Positions 24,312 through 38,789 of a stretch of DNA of 59,733 bases are shown here, piece after piece. The translations under genes and the position numbers were made by a program. Each line of letters opens with the position of its first letter. The stretch's first letter is position 1. The stretch lies in NCBI RefSeq assembly GCF_001194135.2, contig NC_068990.1, forward strand, positions 55,649,415-55,709,147. The letters are read 5' to 3'. The stretch comes from Octopus bimaculoides (lineage: Eukaryota). Under the pieces are notes generated by a model that was not told where the DNA came from, ran no database searches, and worked only from the letters and a program-made list of their open reading frames with translations.

Positions 24312-25884
24312 TTTCTAAAGTAGGCACACAACCAGCAATTTTGTGGGAGAGATTCTTTGATGAAATCAACTCCAAGCCCTGATAGATACTTTATTTATTC
24401 TATTGACCCTTGGAGGGATGAAATGCAAAGTTGACATTAATGGGATAAGAACTCAGAAGACAAAGAACAAGCAGAAATGCAGCAAAGCATTATTTTGTCA
24501 GATACTAATAATCCTTTTTGCTATAGGCACAAGGCCTGACATTTCTGGGGAAGGGACCAGTCGATTACATCGATCCCAGTGCATAACTGGTACTTAGTTT
24601 ATTGACCCTGAAAGGATGAAAGGCAAAGTCAACCCCAGCAGCATTTGAACTCAGAACATGATGACAGATAAAATACCAATAAGCATTTCACCTGGCGTGC
24701 TAATGATTCTGTCAACTTGCTGCTTTTGTCTGATGCTAATAATAATAATCTTTACTACTATAGGCACACAGCCTGAAATTTGAGGGAAGGGAGAAGTCGA
24801 TTACAATGATCCCTAGTGCTTGATTGGTAGTTATATTATTGAGGGATGAAATGTGAAGTTGATGTTTGTGGAATTTGAACTTAGAAAGGAGAAAAGTTGG
24901 AAAGAAATCATTCATTACCAAGAAGAATAATAATAATAGTTTAAAATGTTGGCTCTGGGCTAGTAATTTTTTGGGAGGGGTAAGTTGCTTACACTGACCC
25001 TCTGTACACAACTGGTACCTATATTATTGACCCCAAAAAGATGAAAGGCAAAGTCAATGTCTGTGGAATTTGAACTCAGAAAGTAAAAAAGCTGGAAAAA
25101 TGCTGTCAATCATTTTGTCTGGCAGCACTTTAGAAGAAAGAACTGCTGATGATGGTAGAAGACAAGAACTAACGATTTCTATAATTGGCACAAGGGCTCA
25201 GAATTCAAAGGAATGTAATCATTTTATTTTATCAATCTGCCCAACCTGAAGAATGAATGTCAAAGATAACTTACATAGGATTTGAACTCTGAACTAAAGA
25301 GCTCTGAACTAAAAAAAACCCCACTAGGCATTGTTTTGGGTTTTTTTATTTTCAATGCTCTTCTAATTCAATTAATCCACTACCCTTGGAAGACAATGAA
25401 ACATAAAAGAAATCATTTATAACCGAGAAAAATAATAATAATGATTTCAAATTTTGACACAAGGCCAGAAACTTTGGGGGAGGGGATAAGTTGAATTACA
25501 TTGAACCCCGGTACTCAACTGGTACTTATTTTATCAACCCCATAAGGTTGAAAGACAAAGTTGACCTCAATGGAATTTGAACTCAGAATGTAAAGACATG
25601 AAATGGTGCTAAGCGTTTTGCCCTGCATGCTAATGATTCTGTCAGCTTCCCACCTTATACACCCTTAATAATCCGTTCCACTATAGGCACACGGCCTGAA
25701 ATTTGGGGGAGGGGGCTAGTCGATAACATCGACCCCAGTGTATAACTGGTAATTAATTTATCGCCCCTGAAAGGATGAAAGGCAAAATCGACCTTGGAGG
25801 AATTTGAACTCAGAACATGGCAACGGGCGAAATACTGCTAAGCATTTTGTCCATTGTGCTAACAATTCTGCCAGCTCACAGCCT
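24312..25884 (-). mobile_element. Cluster of about 6 SINE A copies
   Basis: Same unit repeated, all minus, with varied divergence. Confidence 0.8.
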
Positions 25885-26550
25885 TATACACCCAAATAAT
25901 GGCAACAATTGTTATGTAAGTAACATTATAAAATTAGGTAGGGAAAAAATAATAATGATAATAATAATAACAACAATAATAATAATAAAAAGAAGATATA
26001 AGACAAAACTAAATCTAATCAAAATGGTATTTTGAAAATTTTATTTATAATTAATGAATAAATATCAGCCTAATGTCATTCAAATGAATATAGATTTGTT
26101 GAGGTTGAGTGGAACTATTAATAATGGTTCTTTCTTTTAAAATTTGTTTAGCTCTGTCATAATTGTCAAAGATTAAGTCTTTGACATTCCATATGCTAAA
26201 TTCTTGATTATAACCTTTGGATAATTCCTTCTATTAACAATGCTGTAACTGTGGTTAAACCTTTCTTTGGATTCAAAGAAGGAAAAAAAGACATTCTGAG
26301 ATGGTAACTATTGCAAATGAAATAATATATAGTGCTAACAAAAAAAAAAAATCCTGTTCCATATAAGGCATGAATAATATTATTCTTTTACTTGCTTCAG
26401 TCATTTAACTGTGGCCATGCTGGAGCACCACCTTAAGCATTTAAAAATTAAACACTACATAATTGAGAGTAGTTTTGCTCTACAGATTATGGGCCCAGAG
26501 CAACTTCACTAAGAAAATTTGAAGATTTTGTAAATAAGTAAATTTGTTTT

Positions 26551-26762
26551 TTCTTCTCTAGGCACAAAGCCCAAAATTTTTGGGGAGGGGGCCTGTCAAT
26601 TAGATAGATCCCCAGTATGCAACTGGTACTTCATTTATCGACCCCCAAAAGGATGAAAGGCAAAGTTGACCTCGGTGCAATTTGAACTTAGAACGTAAAA
26701 ACTGATGAAATACCACTAAGCATTTCACTTGGCATGCCAGCATTTCTGCTAGCTCGCCGCCT
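26551..26762 (-). mobile_element. SINE family A, full length
   Basis: …CTAGGCACAAAGCCC…GCTAGCTCGCCGCC. Confidence 0.85.
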
Positions 26763-26780
26763 TTGTTTTTAATAAATGTT

Positions 26781-26880
26781 CTGTACTGTTCATGCACTTT
26801 TGACTACTTTATCTGTTGGTTGTAGTGCACCTGAGCACTGTATACAATAGATTCATTTATTATTATTATCATTATTATTA
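26781..26880 (+). mobile_element. CR1-type LINE 3' UTR fragment with (ATT)n tail
   Basis: GTAGTGCACCTGAGCACTGTA matches the reverse complement of 57290-57370. Confidence 0.65.
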
Positions 26881-27087
26881 TTATTATTATTATTATTGTT
26901 GTCGTTGTTGTTGTTGTTGTTGTTGTTGTTATTATTATTATTATTATTGTTATTATTACTACTATTATTACTATGAGTTTTTCTTCTTTCAATTTTGTTT
27001 CTATTTCTTGCCAAGTGTCTTCCCAGCTCCTAGGGCAAAGACACTCACTGTATACATTGGTAGGCCATTAAACTAAACACACCAGAC

Positions 27088-27128
<41 letters not shown>

Positions 27129-28411
27129 TTTGTTGAGAAAGTGTCTCAAATTCTAATTAAGAGTTGTAAAAGAAATATGGTACTTCCTTTCTTTCCTCCT
27201 TTTCACAAACGCATTTCATCTTTTAAAATTAACAACACATATTTATGTTATGTAGCTGTGAATGTCATACAAGCTGTTTTAATGTACAAATATTGATATA
27301 GAGAAACATAGTATATCTTGTGTGTATAGTTGGATGTACAACTGCTACCGTTGAGTTCAGAGTGTTTGATATAGATTATCATCATTCAGTCCGCTTCCAG
27401 TAAAATGGTGTGATTTCTACTGTACTTGCTAGTATTACTGGTTAGGGTATACAAAGCAAATGTAGGCAAAATATATGAAACATTTGACCGTTGTAACGTA
27501 ATGCAATGAAATATTCCCCCAAAGATCCATTGTATTTAAGTATCGAACTACACTTGAAACATCCAACATTGTGGCTCCAAGCAACCACAACAGTGAAACA
27601 TATGTAGGTAACTAATGATATAAACTTGTGTTTATCATAATTTCCCCTATAGAGAAATATATTAAGAGATAGAAAATAGAAATGCTTCTTAATAACTTTG
27701 TCTATTGGATTGGAAATAATAAAATTTCAGTATAATTCTAGATATGGTATTCCTACTGGATTTTATTCTGGCCAGTTCTAAAATCCTTTATCTTTATTAT
27801 TTTTCATAATGTCTTTATTTTTAAACAAATTACTGCCTATAATTTAACAGATAGCTCTCAGACAAATCTTTGTTTCAATAGAAGAATCAAGATTCAAGAA
27901 AACTTTAAGACAAAAGTTATGTAAAGCACATAAATATATANNNNNNNNNNNNNNNNNNNNNNNNNNNNNNNNNNNNNNNNNNNNNNNNNNNNNNNNNNNN
28001 NNNNNNNNNNNNNNNNNNNNNNNNNNNNNNNNNNNNNNNNNNNNNNNNNNNNNNNNNNNNNNNNNNNNNNNNNNNNNNNNNNNNNNNNNNNNNNNNNNNN
28101 NNNNNNNNNNNNNNNNNNNNNNNNNNNNNNNNNNNNNNNNNNNNNNNNNNNNNNNNNNNNNNNNNNNNNNNNNNNNNNNNNNNNNNNNNNNNNNNNNNNN
28201 NNNNNNNNNNNNNNNNNNNNNNNNNNNNNNNNNNNNNNNNNNNNNNNNNNNNNNNNNNNNNNNNNNNNNNNNNNNNNNNNNNNNNNNNNNNNNNNNNNNN
28301 NNNNNNNNNNNNNNNNNNNNNNNNNNNNNNNNNNNNNNNNNNNNNNNNNNNNNNNNNNNNNNNNNNNNNNNNNNNNNNNNNNNNNNNNNNNNNNNNNNNN
28401 NNNNNNNNNNN

Positions 28412-28448
<37 letters not shown>

Positions 28449-28690
28449 ATATATATATATATATGCATAAGCATATTTATATATATATATGTACCAAATC
28501 CTTACATGCACACTCATACACAGATTTTGTGTTTCATAATATACATCTGTACATTTTAAAAAGTAGAGGTAGAAACGATTGAATTACCCCACAACATATT
28601 GCTGGCTTTTTATTAACTCTACAGGGATAAACACCTGACAGGAAAATGATTTGAATTATAATTCAGAAGTATCAGACTATATACCATTAA

Positions 28691-28897
28691 CCCTTTAGAA
28701 TTCAAATTACTCTGTCAAATGTTATACTTATTTGAATTGATCATGGCTTATCTTGCAGGGTCAAAATTTCAATGATGTGATTGTTTATGTTTAGAATGAC
28801 ATCATTGGGTAGATATGAGAGGCTTGGATATGATCACTTTGAACATTAAACTGGTAGATTATTTTGTCTGAAAATGGCTGGTTTAAATGCCAAAGGG
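28691..28897. mobile_element. piggyBac-type MITE, 207 bp
   Basis: TTAA|CCCTTTAGAATT…AATGCCAAAGGG|TTAA: TTAA target duplication and CCCTTT/AAAGGG termini. Confidence 0.7.
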
Positions 28898-31800
28898 TTA
28901 AAGCGCCAAGCTTCATGTCCTGTTGATTTGGTCATCTTCATTGCCCTCATCTCAGCTCAGTTATTGTACTGACAGGTACTTGTGCTTTACCTAAAGATTT
29001 TGTTCCTAAGTTTCTACACGGATAAAATATTCATCTGATGCAGACAATATAAATTTACAATGGAATGACTTCAAATGACTAGCTAGAACAGCATATAGAA
29101 ATATCACCAGGTTAGACATCGCATTACACGACTGCAAGGAGTTATGAACTAAATAAGGCATTTTAAACAAACTTCTGAGTGGAAGAATATGAAATGAAAT
29201 TGGGGCATTTTCAGATGATATTTTCTTTTTTCTTTTTTTTTTTACACAGAAGATGATTTTCTCTTTAGATAAAGTATGGACGATATTATCCAGTGAGATA
29301 TTATGTGAGGAAAACGATTTGATACAACAGGCAAGATTGGCAGTAACTACAGAGAACTCATGTTTGTAGATATTAGTTTCAATTCACAACAAAAATAATG
29401 TCACCTTACGTGCACATAAAACATATGCATTCATATTTATCTATATATTCATATATATACATATATATGTTTATATATATATATATANNNNNNNNNNNNN
29501 NNNNNNNNNNNNNNNNNNNNNNNNNNNNNNNNNNNNNNNNNNNNNNNNNNNNNNNNNNNNNNNNNNNNNNNNNNNNNNNNNNNNNNNNNNNNNNNNNNNN
29601 NNNNNNNNNNNNNNNNNNNNNNNNNNNNNNNNNNNNNNNNNNNNNNNNNNNNNNNNNNNNNNNNNNNNNNNNNNNNNNNNNNNNNNNNNNNNNNNNNNNN
29701 NNNNNNNNNNNNNNNNNNNNNNNNNNNNNNNNNNNNNNNNNNNNNNNNNNNNNNNNNNNNNNNNNNNNNNNNNNNNNNNNNNNNNNNNNNNNNNNNNNNN
29801 NNNNNNNNNNNNNNNNNNNNNNNNNNNNNNNNNNNNNNNNNNNNNNNNNNNNNNNNNNNNNNNNNNNNNNNNNNNNNNNNNNNNNNNNNNNNNNNNNNNN
29901 NNNNNNNNNNNNNNNNNNNNNNNNNNNNNNNNNNNNNNNNNNNNNNNNNNNNNNNNNNNNNNNNNNNNNNNNNNNNNNNNNNNNNNNNNNNNNNNNNNNN
30001 NNNNNNNNNNNNNNNNNNNNNNNNNNNNNNNNNNNNNNNNNNNNNNNNATTATATGTATTTGTATTAAAAACAATATACATACATATGTATAGATACATG
30101 TACATATACTTATATAAATTATGTTTATATATATATATATATATATATACATGTTTATAAGTCAGTAAATAGTGTTTGTATATACATATATATGTTTATA
30201 TATATATATATATATATATATACGCACACACACACACAACTGTATTCATACATTTACTCCACAGGTATCTTTGTAAATGTTTGTGTCTGCAAGGTATGAA
30301 AGCTTATAAAAGCATCTTTTGAAATCATCTTGAATCCTATCGTTTTCTATTAATTTCTTTCGGCTTATGATAATAATTATGTTTTGATGTAAAAATGTCA
30401 GCTTGTTCTGCATCAATTTTTACATCTCAGACTTGCATCTATACTATAAAAGGCAGATTTTCTCTCTGTGTGTGTATGTTTAATCCATAATAAAACAGAA
30501 CAGTAAATAGCAAACTGATTAGGCAGAGATAAAGGGGAGTAAGCATTGGAAGGAAAAAAATATATATATAGCGTTAAAGGGAAGTAAGTAGTGTTTAACT
30601 TTTGTAAATTAGCAGCGAACGTTACTTGCAGAATGTTTGCCGAGTATTGAAAATTAATAAATAGATGAATAAATAAAATAAATACATCTCTTCATATATT
30701 CTCGTATCCATGCATACGGAAATGTAATGCTTCTAATTATATATAGCATTTATTCGCTGCGCTAACATTACACAGCTGTTCTTTCCTCTTTACACTAAAG
30801 AACAAAATTGCACACACTTACACACACATAATAAACACTCATAAATAAATAAATTTGTATATATTCACGCGCGCACACACACACACACGTTCAGAAACAA
30901 TGGTAATGACAAAATGATATTTGCTTTTGTATATAGGTTTGCTGACTTGATATTATACAAGAGAGAGAGAGAGAGAGAAGACAGTGAGAAGACAAAACAG
31001 AGAGGAAAGTGGTTAAGAGACGGGAATTTGATGTTCTTTTCTTTCCCAAATGTAACAGAGACATATAAAAGACACTGTACCAAATAGCAGATTTGTTGTT
31101 ATTTAGCCCAAGGTCAATTCAAACAGGACAACCCTGAGTGAGCTGACCCATGGTGAAATCAACGGGATTCCAGCAGCAAGTAATGCATTTAAAAAAAATT
31201 TCTTTGCAGGCATATTGTCCAATGTGTCCTTCAAATGTATTCTCAAGACAATCGTCATATTCATCTATTCATCTTGGATACATTATTATAGGAATATAAA
31301 TAATGCTCAGTATTTTACTGGTACTTAATTTTACCAATGATCCCGAAAGGATCAGTATCAGAATGGTACAACCAAATCAATTGCGGAAGACAGAAGGAAA
31401 TGTACAGTTAGAATGTTGCTATTGAATAAGATGTTTATGAATGAGAGGAGGATTTTTGTATCATGACAATGTTTGAGCAAATGAGCGCCATGAGAGATGA
31501 TATGAATGAAAAGGAGAGAATTTTGGATGAATAAAAAAAAAGTCTGAATAAATGGTCATGAAATGAACAGGTTAGAGAGATATTTTAAGCAAATGAAGGC
31601 ATTGGGGAAAAAGTTACTCAAAGTACAGGTGAGGATTTTTGAATGATTCAATGTTTATGAGTGAATGAAAAACCTTGAAAATGGTCGCAAAAATGAACAA
31701 GTGTAGGTTTTGAATTAGGTATAAATTGGGTTTGAAGTTTTTAAAGGGTGGTTCTACAAACAACCTGGTGAAGAATTTTAAATAGCAGTTGTTGTGATGC

Positions 31801-33407
31801 TGGTAGTGTTAATGGCAGTGGTGGAGGTGTTGTTATTGTTATTGGTGGTGGTGGTGGTGGTGGTGGTGGTAATCATTGTCATGAAAAGCAGGTAATTTGA
31901 TATCGGTTTGAACCAAACACTGGGTAACCTTGTCACTTTGCAGGAAATTCAGTACTGAAGCCACCAAAGATACAAATAACACCACCACCACCACCACCAC
32001 CACCATGGTCACAAGTACCTTGACCACGACTGTCATCACCTCCACTGCTATTACCATTATCCTTGTCGTTATCAGTGATGTTGCTATTACTGTCACCACC
32101 ATCAAGTATCATCATTACCATCANNNNNNNNNNNNNNNNNNNNNNNNNNNNNNNNNNNNNNNNNNNNNNNNNNNNNNNNNNNNNNNNNNNNNNNNNNNNN
32201 NNNNNNNNNNNNNNNNNNNNNNNAATCATTGTTATCGTTTTATGCTGGTGATCTGTCTAAACGATCTGGTATACAGATGAGCAGCGCTAATAAATAATTG
32301 AGAATAATAATGGTCAGTGACAAATCCTTATTTATTGTGATCATCATAGTCTTTTAATAAACAACCAATGGGTGTGGCTAATAGCCAGTGAAAGTTATGA
32401 TCTCATATCATACTTTACATATCACCGGTATATAGAGTTGTGACAGTCAACACACCACAGAGGTAAGTCAAAAAAAAAAAACCTTTTAGTCTTTATAATG
32501 ACTTGGTGTTTGTTTGAAGAACTTTCTCGCCCTTCCCCATGTTGTTGTCTCACCAAAAGAACTAATAAATGAGACCAAACAAATTCTAAAATACAAAACC
32601 GAATTGAACATTTTTTAGTAATATGGAATTTAAAGATATTAAATAGAAGTATGTATGTGTATATGCATGTGTGTGTGTATGTGTGTGTGTGTGTGTGTGT
32701 GCATGCGTGTGTGTGTGTGTGTTGTGATGGATAGGGCCTAATAAATAAAAATCCGTGTATTAATTAATTTAAATAAGGATTACTTACATTGGTGCTAGGC
32801 CATGAATTTTTTGTGGTTGGGGGAATTAATTAAATTAACTTGACCCTTAGAGTATGAATGATATGTAATTTTATTGACTTTGGAAGATTGAAAAACACCA
32901 AAAAAAAAAAAAAATAATAATAATAATAAAATCAAAAGAGGAAGAATTTGAACACAGAATCTAAAGATATGTAGCTCTATACTACAAGGTATTTTTCCAG
33001 GACTTCTACTGATTCTACCTTTCACCACCTTACATTAAAATGAAATAAAATTAATTAAAATTAATACTGAAAAATAAATGTGAAATAACGATAAGATTGG
33101 TAATGTGAATATTAATAAAAAGATGTTGTTCTTAATATCTCTTCTAATTTGGTTTGTTTGATTTTCTGAGAACAAATTCAAACCATCCCATAATCAGAAC
33201 AACAGAGATAACAGCTACAGCAATTTTTTTTTTTCTTTCAGTGTACCAGATTCTATCAAAGAAGTATAAGAACAGCCTATGTGTGGGTGAGAAGATAGTT
33301 AGTTGAATAACATCTAGTTGTAATACAAGTTTATTGCTTATTCATCTAGCCTGTAGTAAATTGTACTCAGGACATAGGGTGAAACATTTAGTATATTATT
33401 GAATGTA

Positions 33408-33751
33408 GTAAAGGGTAAAGACCCCCTTCAGTCATGAATGACCATGGGATTGCACCTCGAAAGTTCCCCTCCGAGACACAAGTCTGGGCAAGGTTGTTTG
33501 TGGAAGGCCAGCAGTCGGCCATGTATATCAGCCTCCCCTCTCCATGCCACTGATGTTATCTAAGGGAAAGGCAATGGCCGATACAGCTTGGCATCGATGA
33601 TGTTGCAACTCATTTCTACAGCTGAGTAAACTGGAGCAATGTGAAATAAAGTGTCTTGCTCAAGAACACAACATGCAGCTCGGCCCAGGAATTGAACTCA
33701 CTACTTCATGATTGTGAGCCTGATACTCTAACCACTGAGCCATGCACCTTC
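33408..33751 (-). mobile_element. tRNA-derived CORE-type SINE (third family, OR-like)
   Basis: Minus head GAAGGTGCATGGCTCAGTGGTTAGAG…GTTCAATTCC, then GTGTTCTTGAGCAAGACACTT (CORE-like). Confidence 0.7.
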
Positions 33752-35444
33752 ACTACCACAATAATATATATTTTTGCTTTTGTGTTATGCATTAACACCC
33801 TCCCCTGAGCCTTATCCCTCTGGAAGTCATTCCCTTTCTACACTTTTCCTACAGCTGTTGACTTGTAGCCAAGCAGAGACTGCATAGGCCATAAGCAGAG
33901 ATTCCTCCACATCAAATAAAAAAAAATTTACAGAAATTTTGACTGTTAAATTAGTAGAAAATCTTTTCTTATTGTTTTATAAAGTAATAACAGTTTGATT
34001 ATTGTTTGTGTGCATTATGATACTGTTATTTCCATTGCACCAGTAACTCATCGTTCTTCAAGAATACTCAAGGAAGAATCACAGTGATTGCTACGTAGTT
34101 CTTTGAAATCTCCAGCAGGAAGTTAACCATGAGGTCATCATGTATTACAAAAGCTATTGTGGATAGCTGCATCTTCACAATTTTAAACAGATGTTTATTG
34201 TAAATGATGATATTTACAACATGCAGATAAACAAGAGAAGCACTTGTTTTGAGTCACCTGACATCAGAGCCACACTAAAAGCAGGATGACCACAATGATG
34301 GAAGATTTATTCTATTGGTTCTTTCTTTCCTGTAGTTCTGTTCTGGTTGAGCAGCATGAGGCTACTTAACAACAACAACACCTTCACCGCCATTAACAAC
34401 AACCACAACAAGCTATGTAGATTGTATCTTGGCTTTTGTGCTAACCTGTTAGTAAATTATTGTGTGGCCATCTGTATGTGAATTTGGTTAAAGTTTTGTT
34501 TTCTAACTTAGAAATGTTGTACACATTTCCTAAAAATATCTAATTATATATTTTTTATTTTCCACTTTTGCTAGATTAAAGAATTCTTTTGCTACTTATA
34601 TTTTAATCTTGCTTTTCTGTTTTTATTGTTTTCAAAATCTGACTTATTCTTCATCCACAGCACAAACCATATGTTTTGGTAATGAGCCAAGTGCATTGGA
34701 AATGGCTCATACTGATGAAGATTCTTCTGAGAACAATTCATTAATTGTATTTTAGTCAGATTAGTCATTCTTCTTGAATGATATATCACATCTCATTTTG
34801 CTTATCAGCTCTCTAAATAAAATATTTCATTCTGAAAGTCTGGACAATCTGTCTGAGAAAATAAATAAAACATGCAATTTGATGTACATCTATCATTCCA
34901 GGATATATTTGTAGCATTTGCAGCAGATCTTGAAGATGCAAATCAGCTAAGGTCCTCCCAAAACGACATAATTTTCTAATGAATTATTTTATTTTGTAAA
35001 TGAAATATCCTAGTTGTGCTGTTTTCATTCATTTTGAAAATTACCAAGAAATTGGAGGGACTTAGTCAAATAATTAACTTCTATATCCATTTCTATAACC
35101 AAATGGTATACAGAACATATGAAAATGTTCTTACATAAAGTGACATTGGAAATTTCATATTCATAAACATTTTAAAATGAACCATTTTATAACCAAAGAA
35201 CCAAGATCAATCTCAGGCAAGTGTTTATCAAACAGTTAATACTTATGATGCTTTTAGTTTTTTCAACAAAAGCTCTCATTAACAATTTCTAAAACCTTGG
35301 TGATTCAAATATACCCATGGATAAGTAATGTCAGTTGATGGCAGGGTCCAGACTTAGCCAAGACAAGTCAGTTTAAACTAATATAAGGATAAAAGGTATG
35401 CTACTACTAATTTAAACTAGATATACTTCCAAGCTTTACAAGCA

Positions 35445-35896
35445 ATACTAGTTTCAAATTTTGGCACAAGGCCAGCCATTTCGGGGGAGGGGGTAAGTCA
35501 ATTACATCACCCCCAGTGTTCAACTGGTACCTATTTTGTTGACCCCAAAAGGATGAAAGGCAAAGTCGACCTTCGTGGAATTTGAACTCAGAACATAAAA
35601 ACGGATGAAATGCTGATAAGCATTTTGACAGGTGTGTAAACAATTTTGCTAGTTCACTGCCCCATGCTTTACAAATAATATTGGTTTCAAATTTTGGCAC
35701 AAAGCCAACAATTTTGGAGGGAGGAGCTCAGTTAATTAAATCAACCCTAGTGCTCAACTGGTACTTGTTTTTCCAATCATGAATGGATGAAAGGCAGAGT
35801 CAACCCCAGTGGAATTTGAAATCAGAATGTAAAGATGGATGAAATGCAGTTTGGCATTTTGCCCAGCATGCTAACGACTCTGCCAGCTTGCTGCTT
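35445..35896 (-). mobile_element. Two tandem SINE A copies (…CCAAAATTTGAAAC 3' end)
   Basis: Two consecutive GTTTCAAATTTTGGCACAA… units. Confidence 0.8.
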
Positions 35897-36434
35897 TGCA
35901 CTTTACAAGTAATGTTAATATAACTAAGCACTAATCTGAATATTCTGGGTTTGTAGAAACCAACATATAAACATGATTGACCCCTCAAATACTATTACTT
36001 GTCAAGTATTTGAGATGCTCGTATTGTTATGGCCATTTTGTTTTACAGATTTCTGAGACTACAGAAATGAGTTAATAAGCAAACAACCATAAACTAGTTA
36101 GTCGATTATAAAACATTGTTTGACCATGCAGTTTTATATTTCAGTAGTCTGGTGATCCAGTCATAAAGATATCTTCAATGTCTTGTAATGTGAAATAACT
36201 TAACTGAGTTGGGAAAATGAGAAAATATGCAAAAGACTTTGTTTTTATCTCTTATACATTTTGAACCCTCTCACAAATCAATTACATTTTGCTCATTACT
36301 TCATCCACTCATCACCATGAAGATCTGGCACACTTCTGGTAGATTTTTTTTTTCTTATCTAATCAAAACTTACTATAATTTAAAATGGATGTTATCTGCA
36401 CAAGTATGTGATGAGCTTTGCCTTTCCATCTTTT

Positions 36435-36646
36435 CTCCTTTACTTGTTTTAGTCATCAGACTGTGGTGATACTGGGGCATCACCTTGAAGAATTTTATTC
36501 GAACAAATCAACCACAGTACTTATTTCTTTTTAAAGGCTAATACTTATTCTATTGGTCATTTTTGCCAAACTGCTATGTTATGGAGCCATACACACACCA
36601 ACACTGGCCATCAAGTGGTAGAGGAGGACAAACACAGACACAAAAC

Positions 36647-36688
<42 letters not shown>

Positions 36689-37572
36689 TTGCTTAAAAGA
36701 GTTCCAACACTGTCTGTTTTTTATGTTTTATTTATATTCCTGCAGAACTAATGTGGGGTATAGAATATGGAATATACAATATATAATATAATATACAATA
36801 TATAATATAAAATAAAATAAAAAATAAAATAAAAATGGATGGCACCATGAAATAAAGTATTGAATGTAGATGAAATATTGAGTGTTCAATATAAAGGATC
36901 AAATATATAAATATATAAATATAAATATATATATATATAAAGGCGACTCGAGTNNNNNNNNNNNNNNNNNNNNNNNNNNNNNNNNNNNNNNNNNNNNNNN
37001 NNNNNNNNNNNNNNNNNNNNNNNNNNNNNNNNNNNNNNNNNNNNNNNNNNNNNNNNNNNNNNNNNNNNNNNNNNNNNNNNNNNNNNNNNNNNNNNNNNNN
37101 NNNNNNNNNNNNNNNNNNNNNNNNNNNNNNNNNNNNNNNNNNNNNNNNNNNNNNNNNNNNNNNNNNNNNNNNNNNNNNNNNNNNNNNNNNNNNNNNNTTT
37201 ATATTATATATTGTATATTATATTATATATTGTATATTCCATATTCTATACCCCACATTAGTTCTGCAGGAATATAAATAAAACATAAAAAACAGACAGT
37301 GTTGGAACTCTTTTAAGCAAAATAATATATTCCTCTATACACAATCATACAAAAAAATCCACCTTTTTTTGTATTTATTTTTACTCGCATATATATATAT
37401 ATATATATATGACAGGCTTCTTTCAGTTTCTGTCTACCAAATCCACTCACAAGGCTTTGATCGGTCTGAGGCTAAAGTAGAAGATACTTGCCCAAGGTTC
37501 CATGTTGTGGGACTGAACTCAGAACCATGTGGCTGGAAAGCAAGTTTCTTACCACACAACCATGCCTGCACC
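36435..37572 (-). mobile_element. SINE family B copy split at its internal microsatellite by about 770 bp that includes a gap
   Basis: 3' half at 36435-36645 and 5' half at 37411-37572; both match 55625-56037. Confidence 0.65.
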
Positions 37573-37884
37573 TTGATTAAAAAAATTATAAAATTATAAA
37601 ATTTCAAAATGGTTAGAATTTTTCTCAGTTTTGTTTAAAATTCAACTTGACCCCTTGACCCCTGTAAACCATGGTGTTATATGAACACAAACCTGTGAAT
37701 AACAACATTTACAGTTGTAATACATTTAGTTTAGAGCACAACTCATTTCAGTTATAAATCTTCATAGAGAAGGAATCTAGTCTATTGTTTAGCGCATTGT
37801 ATATTAGTAGTAATTTTCTTTTATATATTCCCAACCTTTGAAAGCCAAACTTGAGATTTGAAGACAGTATCATATAATTCTCTC

Positions 37885-38103
37885 TAATTTTGGCATGAGG
37901 CCAGTAAATCTGAGGAGAGCGGGGTGAGTTAATTACATCCCATCCTCCCCCCAGTACATCATTTGTACTTATTTTATTAACCCTGAAAGGATGGAAAGCA
38001 AAGTTGACTGCAGTGGGATTTGAACTCAGAATTTAAAGAGCCAGAGGAAATGTCGCCTAGAAATTTTTTGCCCAACTGCAAACAATGTTGCCAGCTCTCC
38101 ACC
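37885..38103 (-). mobile_element. SINE family A
   Basis: Diverged full unit. Confidence 0.75.
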
Positions 38104-38789
38104 TGAAGACAATATAATATAATAAAGATTAAGATTAAATACAGCATTTAATCTGATGCTCTATCAGACATTGCCATCTTTACTATCCCTACATCACTCT
38201 ACAAGTCTTGGATTTACCATTTGAATTTTCATGTTTATTGAAATTCGAAAATTACAGGTAACAATGATGGTAAGAATAGTTACTTTCTAAATATAATAAA
38301 TGAACCTCACAACCAGCATTCTATGTTCCATCTGTGGATGATTGCATGTTTACACAAGAATATACAAAATGTTGCCACTTTTGTCAAGTGAGAGAACCAG
38401 CAAGAAAACACCAAAATTGATGCCATCATTAAAAGAAAAGAAGAAAACTTTATTCTATTAACATTAACAATATTGATGCGGATGTGAAAATGAACAATAT
38501 TGATGGGAACATGAAAATTCTGGGAATTTGAAAGGAAAATGACCAAAAAAAAAAAAAAAAAAAAAAAATTAACAAAATATCTAAGTAATATTAAATATAA
38601 TGTTTAAAGAAATGTTTAATAATTATCACTGTAGTAGAAGGTACGGATGTCTTTTGGATACACATAAGGTCTGTACATATCTGTGAAATATAGAAACAGG
38701 GACAAAACACAGGGTGTTGTTCATACATTTCCCTGCTAGGGCATTAGTGCAACATGAGTCAGGTGAAATGTTTTTAAATGACAATTGAA

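Noticed and set aside
38300-38420. KCCHFCQVREPARKH resembling a DHHC zinc motif
   Set aside because: Bounded by stops, no acceptor and no DHHC segment found
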